Positions 49,081-57,583 of a stretch of DNA of 64,000 bases are shown piece after piece. Location of the stretch: IMG/VR virus record IMGVR_UViG_3300025530_000412; one strand, written 5' to 3'. The notes under the pieces were generated by a model. The model made no database searches, was not told the origin of the DNA, and saw nothing but the letters and a program-made list of their open reading frames with translations. Source of the stretch: an uncultured virus (IMG/VR IMGVR_UViG_3300025530_000412). Taxonomy: Duplodnaviria > Heunggongvirae > Uroviricota > Caudoviricetes. How positions within the stretch are numbered: the stretch's first letter is position 1; each line of letters starts with the position of its first letter. A program made the translations under genes and the position numbers.

Positions 49081-51321
49081 GTGTGTGGGAATATTATTAC
49101 TAAGGAGATGAAAGCGTTAATGAGTGATATTATTAAACTTAAATTAATTCCTACTTACGACTTATTCCCAAAAACAACAACGGATTTTCGTGTTTATTCT
49201 TGTATAACTCATGATACAAATGCACCAATCAAACTAAATAAATTTAATAATTTTGTAATTTCAGGGGAAATGCAAAAATTAACCCTTGGTGAAGAGTACA
49301 TAGCAGAAATTCAAGAAACCAATCACCCACGATATGGTATAGGATATAAAGTCATTAATATTAAACAAGACATTCCACAAACGATTGAAGGACAATATGC
49401 TTTTTTAAGAACAATCATTCCAGAAAGTTATGTAAATGCGATCCAAGAAGCATATCCAAATGAAACAAATATCATTCAATTTATTCGTGAAGGGAAATTA
49501 GATTATTCTAAAATTAAAGGTATTGGGGATGTAGTATTTCAACGCATTCAAGATGCTGTAAATGAAAATCTTGATATTCAAGATGCATTGGTTGAACTAT
49601 CTTCATTAGGCGTTACACATACCATCATAAAAAAAATTATTAATCATTTTGGTGGAAATACAACATATGCACTACAAAAAATAAAAGAAAATATTTACAT
49701 ACTTTGTGAAGAAATATCTGGAATTGGATTTAAAAAAGTGGATGAATATGCATTAAAAAGTGGAATAAAAGAAGATTCTCCATATCGAATTAATGCTTGT
49801 ATTGAATATATTTTGACTAGAGAAGAAGATAATGGTCATTGTTGGATTGAAAAAGATGAGTTGATTGAAAAAGTAATGGATGAAGCGAATTTGGAATACA
49901 AAATCATTTCAGATCATTTAAAAAGTGAATTATTTATTAAAGATCAAAGGTTTTATAGTGATAGTTGGAGAATTGGACTATATAGAAATTATCATTATGA
50001 AAGTAAAATTGCTGAATACTTGATGGAATTAATGAATCATCCAGTGACTACAATTATAAATGATTTAGATGATAGAATTAAAAGAATTGAGCAAGAGCAA
50101 GGTTTTAAATTTACAGATGAACAAATTCATGCAATTAAAACTTGTGTAGAAAACAATGTTGTTATTATTTCAGGTAAAGCAGGATCAGGTAAAACGACGA
50201 TTTTAAAAGGTGTATTAGGTGTACTTAATGAGTATACATACAATACATGTTCCTTATCTGGCAAGGCTTCGCAACGCATTATTGAAGCAACAGGACTTGA
50301 ATCTAAAACAATTCATAGACTATTGGGTTACAACCCTGCAAATGGATTTGCTTATGACCGAGAATATCGATTGCCTCATGATATTATTGTTCTTGATGAA
50401 GCATCGATGGTAAACAATTTTATTTTTTATAAATTGGTTTCTGCTATTAAAGACGGTGGTAAGTTAATTATTTTAGGTGACATTCAACAATTGCCTCCAA
50501 TTGGATCTGGTTTAGTATTATTGGATCTCATTCATAGTAAAGTTGTTCCTGTTTGTGAATTAACAAAAGTGCACAGACAAGCACAGAAAAGTGGAATTTT
50601 ATCTCATGCCAATATGGTCAGAGAAGGAATTCAAATTAATGATCGTGGAGATTTTAAAAACAAAACCGTAGGCGAACTTCAAGATTTAACTTTAATTCCC
50701 TTTGAACGTAAACCAGATATTGCTTCGCACATCATTGATATTTGTAAAAAAGTCAAAGACCGGATTGATTTAAGAGAATTTCAAATTATTGTACCAATGA
50801 AAGAAAGAGGTAGCCTAAGTACAAAAGCATTGAATTTAGAGTTACAACAAATTTTTAACCCTAATCCTAATGCTGGATTAAAAAGAAATGGCTTTGAATT
50901 TAAAGTTGGAGATAAAATTATCAAGAGAGGTAATGATTATAATAATGATGTGTACAACGGGACATTGGGATTTATTGAATGGATTGATCTAGACGAAAAA
51001 ACAGCAGGATTCAGGTTTGTGGGTAAAGATGAAATTGTGGTCTATACACAAGAGGATATGAAAGATATTGATATGGCATATGCACTTAGCACTCATGCAT
51101 CGCAAGGTTCACAATTTGAAAATGTTATTTTTGCAATTGATTTTAGTGCATATAAACTTTTAAGTCGTCAATTGATTTACACGGGATTAACAAGAGCAAG
51201 CAAGAAATGTATGTTTTTATTTGAAAATGAAGCATTGAGATATGCTATTGATAATAATGAGGTTGTACAGAGGAATACGTTTTTGTTGGAGATGTTGAAG
51301 GAGTATGAGAATAAAAAATAA
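49081..51321 (+). CDS. recD2: RecD2-like SF1B helicase
   Basis: GKAGSGKTT, TIHRLL, LDEASM, GDIQQLPPIG, HRQA, HASQGSQF, YTGLTRA; HhH motifs KIKGIG and ISGIGFK. Confidence 0.92.
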   Translation: MCGNIITKEMKALMSDIIKLKLIPTYDLFPKTTTDFRVYSCITHDTNAPIKLNKFNNFVISGEMQKLTLGEEYIAEIQETNHPRYGIGYKVINIKQDIPQTIEGQYAFLRTIIPESYVNAIQEAYPNETNIIQFIREGKLDYSKIKGIGDVVFQRIQDAVNENLDIQDALVELSSLGVTHTIIKKIINHFGGNTTYALQKIKENIYILCEEISGIGFKKVDEYALKSGIKEDSPYRINACIEYILTREEDNGHCWIEKDELIEKVMDEANLEYKIISDHLKSELFIKDQRFYSDSWRIGLYRNYHYESKIAEYLMELMNHPVTTIINDLDDRIKRIEQEQGFKFTDEQIHAIKTCVENNVVIISGKAGSGKTTILKGVLGVLNEYTYNTCSLSGKASQRIIEATGLESKTIHRLLGYNPANGFAYDREYRLPHDIIVLDEASMVNNFIFYKLVSAIKDGGKLIILGDIQQLPPIGSGLVLLDLIHSKVVPVCELTKVHRQAQKSGILSHANMVREGIQINDRGDFKNKTVGELQDLTLIPFERKPDIASHIIDICKKVKDRIDLREFQIIVPMKERGSLSTKALNLELQQIFNPNPNAGLKRNGFEFKVGDKIIKRGNDYNNDVYNGTLGFIEWIDLDEKTAGFRFVGKDEIVVYTQEDMKDIDMAYALSTHASQGSQFENVIFAIDFSAYKLLSRQLIYTGLTRASKKCMFLFENEALRYAIDNNEVVQRNTFLLEMLKEYENKK

Positions 51322-51373
51322 ATACATATTGACTTTATAATTTAAACAAATTATCATCAATAATGTGCCCATC

Positions 51374-51520
51374 TATTTTGCAGATATTTCTGCTAAATAA
51401 AGTGCCGACTTTATATTTTGCAGAAATATCTGCAAATCGTCATTTCTATTTTGCAGAAATTTCTGCTCTGAGCAACAAGTAATAAAAAGAATAAACTATA
51501 CAAAGAATAAACTATTAAAA
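51374..51520. repeat. Iteron-like palindromic direct repeats plus AT-rich repeats (candidate replication origin)
   Basis: TATTTTGCAGAWATWTCTGC x3 at 51374, 51414 and 51447; AAAGAATAAACTAT x2 downstream. Confidence 0.65.
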
Positions 51521-51526
51521 AGAATA

Positions 51527-52300
51527 ATGCGACAAAATAATTTCATCCAAGGGGGTGATTATTTGACTGTAGCTAAAAAAGAAGAAAATTATATTATTAT
51601 CCCAAATTGTGTTTTTATTGATACTATTAAATATCAATCAAAACATTTAACTATTGATGAGTTATACTTATATGCTTGGTTATATAGAGATCGAATACCC
51701 GATAATTGGATTACAAGAACCAGCATTGATATGATTAATAATCTTTGTTACAAATTTGCAAATGGAGATGAATCCAGAAACAAAAGGACGATTAAACAAT
51801 TATTAATTAATTTAAAAAATAAAGGATATATTGAAACAATAGGTGTTAGTGAAATTCATGAAAAAATGAAAAATTCAGATTCACTTGAAATTGAATTTTT
51901 ATCTGTAGACTCGTCTATTGGTTATAATAGTAATATTACTTATTCAATTTTTGATCAGTTTGAAGATCCATTAGAATTTTTTATTTATGCATATATTGAT
52001 TGCTTTGGAGATACAGGAAGAAGTTTGTCTTATTATAAATGGAGTAAACTAGCAAAAAAATCTGAATCCACAATTAGAAGTGTAATTGAAAAAATGAATT
52101 CTTATCAATTCAAGCCAAGGATATGGAAGTTTTCTGGTGATTATTATCAAAACGAATATGGAGATGTAAAGCAATATGAAAATACATATTATACTAGACC
52201 AAGTGAGGAAATCATTAAGAAATGGAATAGGTTTTATATGAAAGAAGTGAATAATGAATGGGAACTGGCTTTTGGATATAAAGGAAATAAAAAAAAATAA
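51527..52300 (+). CDS. Putative wHTH replication initiator-like protein
   Basis: YIIIPN..., ELYLYAWL, IK.LL.NLKNKGYI; second wHTH-like segment; next to the iterons. Confidence 0.5.
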   Translation: MRQNNFIQGGDYLTVAKKEENYIIIPNCVFIDTIKYQSKHLTIDELYLYAWLYRDRIPDNWITRTSIDMINNLCYKFANGDESRNKRTIKQLLINLKNKGYIETIGVSEIHEKMKNSDSLEIEFLSVDSSIGYNSNITYSIFDQFEDPLEFFIYAYIDCFGDTGRSLSYYKWSKLAKKSESTIRSVIEKMNSYQFKPRIWKFSGDYYQNEYGDVKQYENTYYTRPSEEIIKKWNRFYMKEVNNEWELAFGYKGNKKK

Positions 52301-52309
52301 TAACAATAC

Positions 52310-53083
52310 TTGGGAAGAGGAAATTCCATTTTAATTTTAAGGGAGGATAATATGAACAATAATATACTTATTCCAGTAGTAGCTTTTTTGGATGATGAAC
52401 AATATAAATTAGATTCAAATGAATTATATTTATATTCATTGTTGTATAGATATAAAATAATTTATGATAATATTACTTTAATTAATATTGATACAATATC
52501 ACAATTAATGAAAAATAAATTTTATGTAATGAAACCTAATGGAGACGACACTAGAAATAAAAATAGAATAAAAAATATATTAATAAATCTTAAAGAAAAA
52601 AATTATATTAATTTTAATAATGACAAAATAAAATATACTACAGTTCTAATTATTAAATTTAATTATGAAAATAGAGCTTGTTATGATATACCATATAATG
52701 TGTTTGATAAAATTGAATTTCCAAAAGAATTATTAAATTATATAATACAAAAATATAATTTATTACATTTAAAGAAAAGAAAAATAAGAAATTATGAAAG
52801 TGGATATGAAAAATGGAAAACAACCGTGTTAGAAAATGATAATTATACCTGTAAAATATGCAATATTACAAACCAATTTGATGATAGTATTATTCTTCAT
52901 GCTCACCATAAAGATGGCTATGACTGGTGTATAGAAAGAAGAACTGATCCCACTAACGGTGTAACCTTATGCGATGGTTGTCATACTGAATTTCATATTT
53001 TATATGGTTATGGTGGTAATACAGAACAGCAATATATTGAATTCTATGAAAACAAAAAGAAGAATTCTCGATTAAACGCCTGA
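52310..53083 (+). CDS. wHTH paralogue fused to an HNH endonuclease domain
   Basis: N-terminus paralogous to the previous gene; DNYTCKIC, LHAHH, NGVTLCDGCH..FH. Confidence 0.75.
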   Translation: MGRGNSILILREDNMNNNILIPVVAFLDDEQYKLDSNELYLYSLLYRYKIIYDNITLINIDTISQLMKNKFYVMKPNGDDTRNKNRIKNILINLKEKNYINFNNDKIKYTTVLIIKFNYENRACYDIPYNVFDKIEFPKELLNYIIQKYNLLHLKKRKIRNYESGYEKWKTTVLENDNYTCKICNITNQFDDSIILHAHHKDGYDWCIERRTDPTNGVTLCDGCHTEFHILYGYGGNTEQQYIEFYENKKKNSRLNA

Positions 53084-53098
53084 TGTTAGGCGTTTTTT
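53074..53098 (+). terminator. Intrinsic terminator
   Basis: AACGCCTG-atgt-TAGGCGTT followed by a T run. Confidence 0.75.
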
Positions 53099-53881
53099 TA
53101 TTTGTAGAGGGATTATAAAATTGTGATCGATGGTAGGATTTTGTGTTATCGCAAAAAAGATTTTTTGCAGAATGAAATAAGCAATAATTGTTGATATTAA
53201 AAGAAAATTTGGAGTAGCGAGCATGTTATATAATTGTGGATATAGTGGATAAATCGTATATTTGTTGATGTGACAAGGTTTTTGAAATATTATAGTGGTG
53301 ATATGGGGAGTTTTAGGGTGATTTGGTGGAGATGAAATTTGTTGATATAATGGGATTTTTACGATGTGTGATACGATTATTTTTTGGGAAAAATGTGGTA
53401 GAAAATGGTAAATATGAGTAATCGTGGATTGAAATTTTAGGGTGTGGGGATGGAAGTGCTAGGGGCACATTTTGGTAAAAAATGGTAAAAATGAATGTAA
53501 ACTATCCCCCCTCATAGCTGAATACTGCCTATATATGTATAAGTATATTGGGTGAAGTGAGTAGCAGTAAGTATATAGTGACTGTATAGAAATAGTATGA
53601 AGGATTGGAAAGAAATGTAAATATCATTTATAAATGGCAAAAGCATTCCGAATGTGAAAATGGGAATATATGGCAAAATCGTATATGTAACATGGCGCGT
53701 GAGTCGCAAGACATATCCACTCCACAAAAACACATGTCTACCCATCATAAACATATGTCCACCATACATAAACATATATATACCACCAACAGACAAACAT
53801 AATAAATAAATTCTATCACACACCAACAAACTAATAAAAAACATTTTAAAAATAAAATATAATAGTACATAAAAAAACCTA

Positions 53882-53910
53882 TTGCATTATTTTCGATTTC
53901 ATGCTATATT
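53882..53910 (+). promoter_or_regulatory. Early-region sigmaA promoter with extended -10
   Basis: TTGCAT-17-TATATT with TG at -15/-14 and A-rich UP-like upstream sequence. Confidence 0.7.
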
Positions 53911-53916
53911 TGAATC

Positions 53917-54425
53917 AAACAATAAAAGGAATTGAACAACAGCAACGACGACAATCACTTTCCCTCCCTGCTCGGACTGCTTATACCGTATCAAGCGATA
54001 CGGACGGCAACGAATCCGATCAAAGGGGAAGACATTGAAAACGTCTAGCACGCTGAATCAATTCCCTACATAGTTACTTGGCAGGATGCGAACGCAAGAT
54101 AGCTTGCACTAGCATCCGGGGAAGTCGCTGAACAGCGCAAGCTGAACGGCGCAAGGGCTGATCTTTGAAAATAAAATATTATTTACACGCGAGTTATTCG
54201 CGTGCGTGGAAACGGCGATCCACGTTACAACAGCTTGTCAAAATGTGGACAGGCTGTCCGTACACGAAACAGCGTGGCAGCACTTCGTGGAACCTGGGGA
54301 GTCCACGGAGGCGACTGTATGAGCGAGATATACCGTCAAAAAAGCCCCTAGTCAGCTATCTGACTTGAAAGGGTACGCTTATTTCGTATCATATAGGCAC
54401 GGTAGGAGTCCGGCACAACCCCCAC
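53917..54425 (+). ncRNA. Candidate large structured non-coding RNA / leader (family not recognised)
   Basis: GC-rich island with no credible ORF; many hairpins (CCGTATC/GATACGG, GGATGC/GCATCC, CACGCGAG/TTCGCGTG, ACAGCTTGTC/GACAGGCTGT, CTTCGTGGA/TCCACGGAG). Confidence 0.6.
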
Positions 54426-54470
54426 ATTATTCCGCTTTTTCTGTCCCCTTGCAAGAAGGGAGAAATAATA

Positions 54471-54617
54471 ATGAAAACAATTATTTTAAAAGATATGGAT
54501 AAATTAGAACATGATAAAAATGTAGGTTTTTATGACAAAGAACTTGATATGTTTTTTGACACTTTAGAACAATGGTTATTATTTAAACATGGCAAAACGT
54601 GGAGTGAAGTTATTTAA
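54471..54617 (+). CDS. 48-aa hypothetical protein enclosed by a 27-bp inverted repeat (absent from the ORF track)
   Basis: RBS AAGGGAG; MKTIILKDMDKLEHDKNVGFYDKELDMFFDTLEQWLLFKHGKTWSEVI*. Confidence 0.6.
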   Translation: MKTIILKDMDKLEHDKNVGFYDKELDMFFDTLEQWLLFKHGKTWSEVI

Positions 54618-54684
54618 GAAGAATAAAAATAATAATGCAAGGGGATAGAAAAAGCGGAATAAAAATAAAAAAGGAGGCACAAAA

Positions 54685-54933
54685 ATGATTATTTATCAAA
54701 ATGATTATATTACAATCAAGAAAAAAAATGTTTTTGGAAAGATTGGTTTAAGTGGTTATAACTCAAAAAATAATGCAACAATAACAGCATTTGCAAAGAA
54801 TGAAGCAGAAATAAATGAAAAAATAAAATATATAATTAACGAACTAAAAAAAGATAACAGTGTTATAAATTTAACTGAAAAACTAACAAAAATCGAAAAT
54901 AATTTTCTAAAAACAGTTTTTAACCATGAATAG
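54685..54933 (+). CDS. Hypothetical early protein
   Basis: RBS AAGGAGG. Confidence 0.65.
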   Translation: MIIYQNDYITIKKKNVFGKIGLSGYNSKNNATITAFAKNEAEINEKIKYIINELKKDNSVINLTEKLTKIENNFLKTVFNHE

Positions 54934-55043
54934 ATTTTATTTAATTGTCCAACATTGCAAATGGCGCATAACAGCCACGTTGTGCGCCTTATGGAGTGTT
55001 GGACGCTCCAAAAAAATAAAATATTACATAGGAGGAACAAACA

Positions 55044-55340
55044 ATGCAAGTAAAATTCATGTACAACGGCATAAAGGTTGACGGCAAACTGTATCGCGCC
55101 TATTACTGGCCGTGTACTTCCCGAAACATGCCGGAAGGAACGATCATCATTCGCGCGAAGGATTACGAGAGTTTCCCGAAAATTCCGGGTCTACGTACAA
55201 TAAACAACACGGACACGATGACGGATTATTTCGAAAAGGATCGAATTTACGTTGAGCCGAATAACCAATGGTATCCGCAAGTTCTTTCGGCGTATAAAAA
55301 ACTGCAAGAGCGGCGCGAACGTCGAAGGAACCCCGCCTGA
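55044..55340 (+). CDS. Hypothetical early protein; stop codon lies in the hammerhead core
   Basis: RBS AGGAGG; ends CCC GCC TGA. Confidence 0.7.
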   Translation: MQVKFMYNGIKVDGKLYRAYYWPCTSRNMPEGTIIIRAKDYESFPKIPGLRTINNTDTMTDYFEKDRIYVEPNNQWYPQVLSAYKKLQERRERRRNPA

Positions 55341-55394
55341 CGATGGCCCGGTGGCTCCGGGTCGAAACGCCCATAAGGGCGTCGCGGGAAGCCG
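55332..55394 (+). ncRNA. Type I hammerhead ribozyme 1
   Basis: Stem I CCCGC/GCGGG; CUGACGA; stem II GGCCCGG/CCGGGUC; GAAAC; stem III GCCC/GGGC; GUC cleavage after 55383; loop II UGGCU pairs with 3' AGCCG. Confidence 0.9.
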
Positions 55395-55421
55395 CAAAAT
55401 CAAATGAGGGAGTGAACAAAA

Positions 55422-55619
55422 ATGGCAAAACGTTACTTCGATGGTGAGTATGTCGGTCTTAACAACGTGACTTACAGCGGATACTACACCGTTGAAGGTA
55501 ACGTAGTAGTCAGGTTTACGACAGACGACGGCGAAACTTTTGATCCCGTCGGCGCAACACTCGAAGACGTGTTGACCTTCACGGAGTTACCGGAAGAACG
55601 AAGAAGAAATACCGTCTGA
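55422..55619 (+). CDS. Hypothetical early protein
   Basis: RBS GAGGGAG directly after ribozyme 1. Confidence 0.65.
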   Translation: MAKRYFDGEYVGLNNVTYSGYYTVEGNVVVRFTTDDGETFDPVGATLEDVLTFTELPEERRRNTV

Positions 55620-55644
55620 TTTGTACATATTAAGGAGTGATAAC

Positions 55645-55980
55645 ATGACTATGACTAAAAAAATCATCATCAATGTTCGTCCTATCATTTCAAATCTTCT
55701 CGCCGATTGGGACGGAGAAGGAAAACAAAGTCAATATATCAGACGTAACAAAAAGCTGATACTTGAATTTGTTGAAAATCTAGTCAATGACATTTCGGTC
55801 CCTTATGATTTACAATATATCAATAGTTACAAATTAGACATTGAAAATAGGGAAGTGATAATAACATACACTTGGATAGAACAAGACAATATTTATGACT
55901 GGTGCGAAGGAATGAAACTTAATTTGCAAGTCATTTCTGATCATATATGGCAAAAAGGCTTGACATGCATAGTAAAATGA
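55645..55980 (+). CDS. Hypothetical protein, paralogue copy 1 (MTMTKKIIINVRP family)
   Basis: RBS AAGGAGTG; near-identical to 56824..57156. Confidence 0.7.
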   Translation: MTMTKKIIINVRPIISNLLADWDGEGKQSQYIRRNKKLILEFVENLVNDISVPYDLQYINSYKLDIENREVIITYTWIEQDNIYDWCEGMKLNLQVISDHIWQKGLTCIVK

Positions 55981-56003
55981 AAATATATGGGAGGAACAAA
56001 CAA

Positions 56004-56249
56004 ATGTGGATGCAAATTAACGAAAATATTGATACCGGAATTGTTTCTGTCACATTATACGACGGATACGGCAACATTCTTGAACAAAAAGAGAATATGA
56101 CGGAAGACGTTGCTGAAAGTTATGTCCTTATGCTCAATGACAATTATTGTTTTTCGCAAAACATGAGAGTAGAAAACAACATTTACAAAAATGGAGAACT
56201 TTTTCGCACATTTCATCATTTTTTTAGTGACTTTATTGCAAGTTTTTGA
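56004..56249 (+). CDS. Hypothetical early protein
   Basis: RBS GGGAGG before ATG 56004. Confidence 0.6.
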   Translation: MWMQINENIDTGIVSVTLYDGYGNILEQKENMTEDVAESYVLMLNDNYCFSQNMRVENNIYKNGELFRTFHHFFSDFIASF

Positions 56250-56307
56250 ATGTTTATCTTGAACATAAGTTATCAGTTTTTCCGTTTACGAATTGGAGGG
56301 ATTGACC

Positions 56308-56481
56308 ATGTATAACAGAATTGGACCACAAGCCGAATACAAATTCCGTTGTGCTAAACATCAAGTATACACTCGCTGCGGGAAGATGATCGAAGTCATG
56401 GCGGACGGAAAAAAGGAAGCAAGAAAGATTGTCGAGTCACACGGATATGCAGTTGCTTTTGTAACACGCATTCCCGCCTGA
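56308..56481 (+). CDS. Hypothetical early protein; stop codon lies in the hammerhead core
   Basis: RBS GGAGGG before ATG 56308; ends CCC GCC TGA. Confidence 0.6.
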   Translation: MYNRIGPQAEYKFRCAKHQVYTRCGKMIEVMADGKKEARKIVESHGYAVAFVTRIPA

Positions 56482-56552
56482 CGAGCGCGAAGGCGCCTTT
56501 GGGCCCGCTGGCTACGGGCCGAAACCGGGCTTGTCCCGGTCGCGGGAAGCCG
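56471..56552 (+). ncRNA. Type I hammerhead ribozyme 2, with an extra hairpin before stem II
   Basis: Stem I UUCCCGC/GCGGGAA; CUGACGA; 17-nt insert; stem II GGCCCG/CGGGCC; GAAAC; stem III CGGG/CCCG; GUC cleavage after 56541; same UGGCU/AGCCG pseudoknot. Confidence 0.82.
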
Positions 56553-56577
56553 CAAAACTATGAAAGGGTGATTAGAT

Positions 56578-56802
56578 ATGGAAAAGCATCTGGTTTATTA
56601 CGGTTCTGGAGAAAGCCGGGAAAATCCCGGCGTTGGCGTCGATTTCATGAAGGCCGACGTGGATGGAATCGAGTTGTATGCCGAGATGCCGCCGGTGGAA
56701 GGTGATGAAACCGGGACGTATGACGCGTTGAAAGCTGAAATCCTTGCCCAAGCGCAGGCGCACGGGATCGACGTTTCTTGCCTAGTATTTTGGAATGATT
56801 GA
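56578..56802 (+). CDS. Acidic hypothetical early protein
   Basis: RBS AAGGGTG after ribozyme 2. Confidence 0.65.
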   Translation: MEKHLVYYGSGESRENPGVGVDFMKADVDGIELYAEMPPVEGDETGTYDALKAEILAQAQAHGIDVSCLVFWND

Positions 56803-56823
56803 GCATGATTAAGGAGTGATAAC

Positions 56824-57156
56824 ATGACTATGACTAAAAAAATCATCATCAATGTTCGTCCCATTATTTCTAGATTGCTCGACGATTGGGACGGAGAAGG
56901 AACGCAAAAACAATATATTAAACGTAACAAAAAATTGATATTTGAATATGTCGAAAATCTAATCAATGATGTTTCATCTCCTGACTTGCACTATATAAAA
57001 AATTACAAACTGGATATCGAGAATAGAGAAGTAGTTATCATATTCACATGGACGGAACAAGATAATATTTATGACTGGATGGAAGGAATGAAACACAATT
57101 TACAAGCTATTTCTAACCATATATGGCAAAAAGGTTTGACGTGTGTAACAGTTTAA
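56824..57156 (+). CDS. Hypothetical protein, paralogue copy 2
   Basis: Duplicate of 55645..55980 including the upstream TTAAGGAGTGATAAC. Confidence 0.7.
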   Translation: MTMTKKIIINVRPIISRLLDDWDGEGTQKQYIKRNKKLIFEYVENLINDVSSPDLHYIKNYKLDIENREVVIIFTWTEQDNIYDWMEGMKHNLQAISNHIWQKGLTCVTV

Positions 57157-57157
57157 C

Positions 57158-57231
57158 AGTCGTTCCGGCGACTCTAAACAGCGCATTAAGCCGGAAGCGT
57201 TAGACCGCATATAACAGCGGTCTAGGTTGCG
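57158..57231 (+). ncRNA. Pistol self-cleaving ribozyme
   Basis: P1 AGUCG/CGACU; loop UUCCGG pairs with CCGGAA; CUAAACAG; P2 CGCA/UGCG; UUAAG; GCG; P3 UAGACCGC/GCGGUCUA; G-U cleavage at 57226/57227. Confidence 0.9.
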
Positions 57232-57254
57232 AATAACAGAACGGGGGGAATAAC

Positions 57255-57560
57255 ATGGCAATAAGACTTAATCAAGAACAATTATTTACGGTCTGTCGGA
57301 TACTATCCAAGGATTTACATAATATTTACATAACAGAACACGCCGAACAACGCATGGAACAACGTAAAATATCATATGATGATATAATAAATGCGCTGTC
57401 GAATCCTATTGAATTATTAGACATTCGTTTAACAGAAAAGAGATATTACGCATATAAAATTCATGGGAGTGATAAAAACAAACATATTGTTTTTGTAATT
57501 GACGAAAAAACACGGACAATACATGTTGTTACAGTCATAAATAAACTATATAATCATTAA
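57255..57560 (+). CDS. DUF4258-like (RelE/BrnT-fold) putative RNase toxin
   Basis: ITEHAEQRMEQRKISYDDI..AL, HIVF...VVTV. Confidence 0.7.
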   Translation: MAIRLNQEQLFTVCRILSKDLHNIYITEHAEQRMEQRKISYDDIINALSNPIELLDIRLTEKRYYAYKIHGSDKNKHIVFVIDEKTRTIHVVTVINKLYNH

Positions 57561-57583
57561 TAACAATAAAAAAGGGTGATAAC

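Noticed and set aside
51374..51466. CRISPR array
   Set aside because: Only three 20-bp repeats with 20- and 13-nt gaps, and no cas genes; fits iterons or operators better
53512..53844. ORFs on both strands of the skewed region
   Set aside because: Low-complexity translations arising from repeats; no RBS
54165..54368. 67-aa ORF in the ORF track
   Set aside because: No RBS, atypical composition, and it lies within the hairpin-rich leader; likely spurious
54945..55010. Twister-sister or hatchet ribozyme
   Set aside because: An internal loop is present, but the multi-way junction and conserved core motifs are missing
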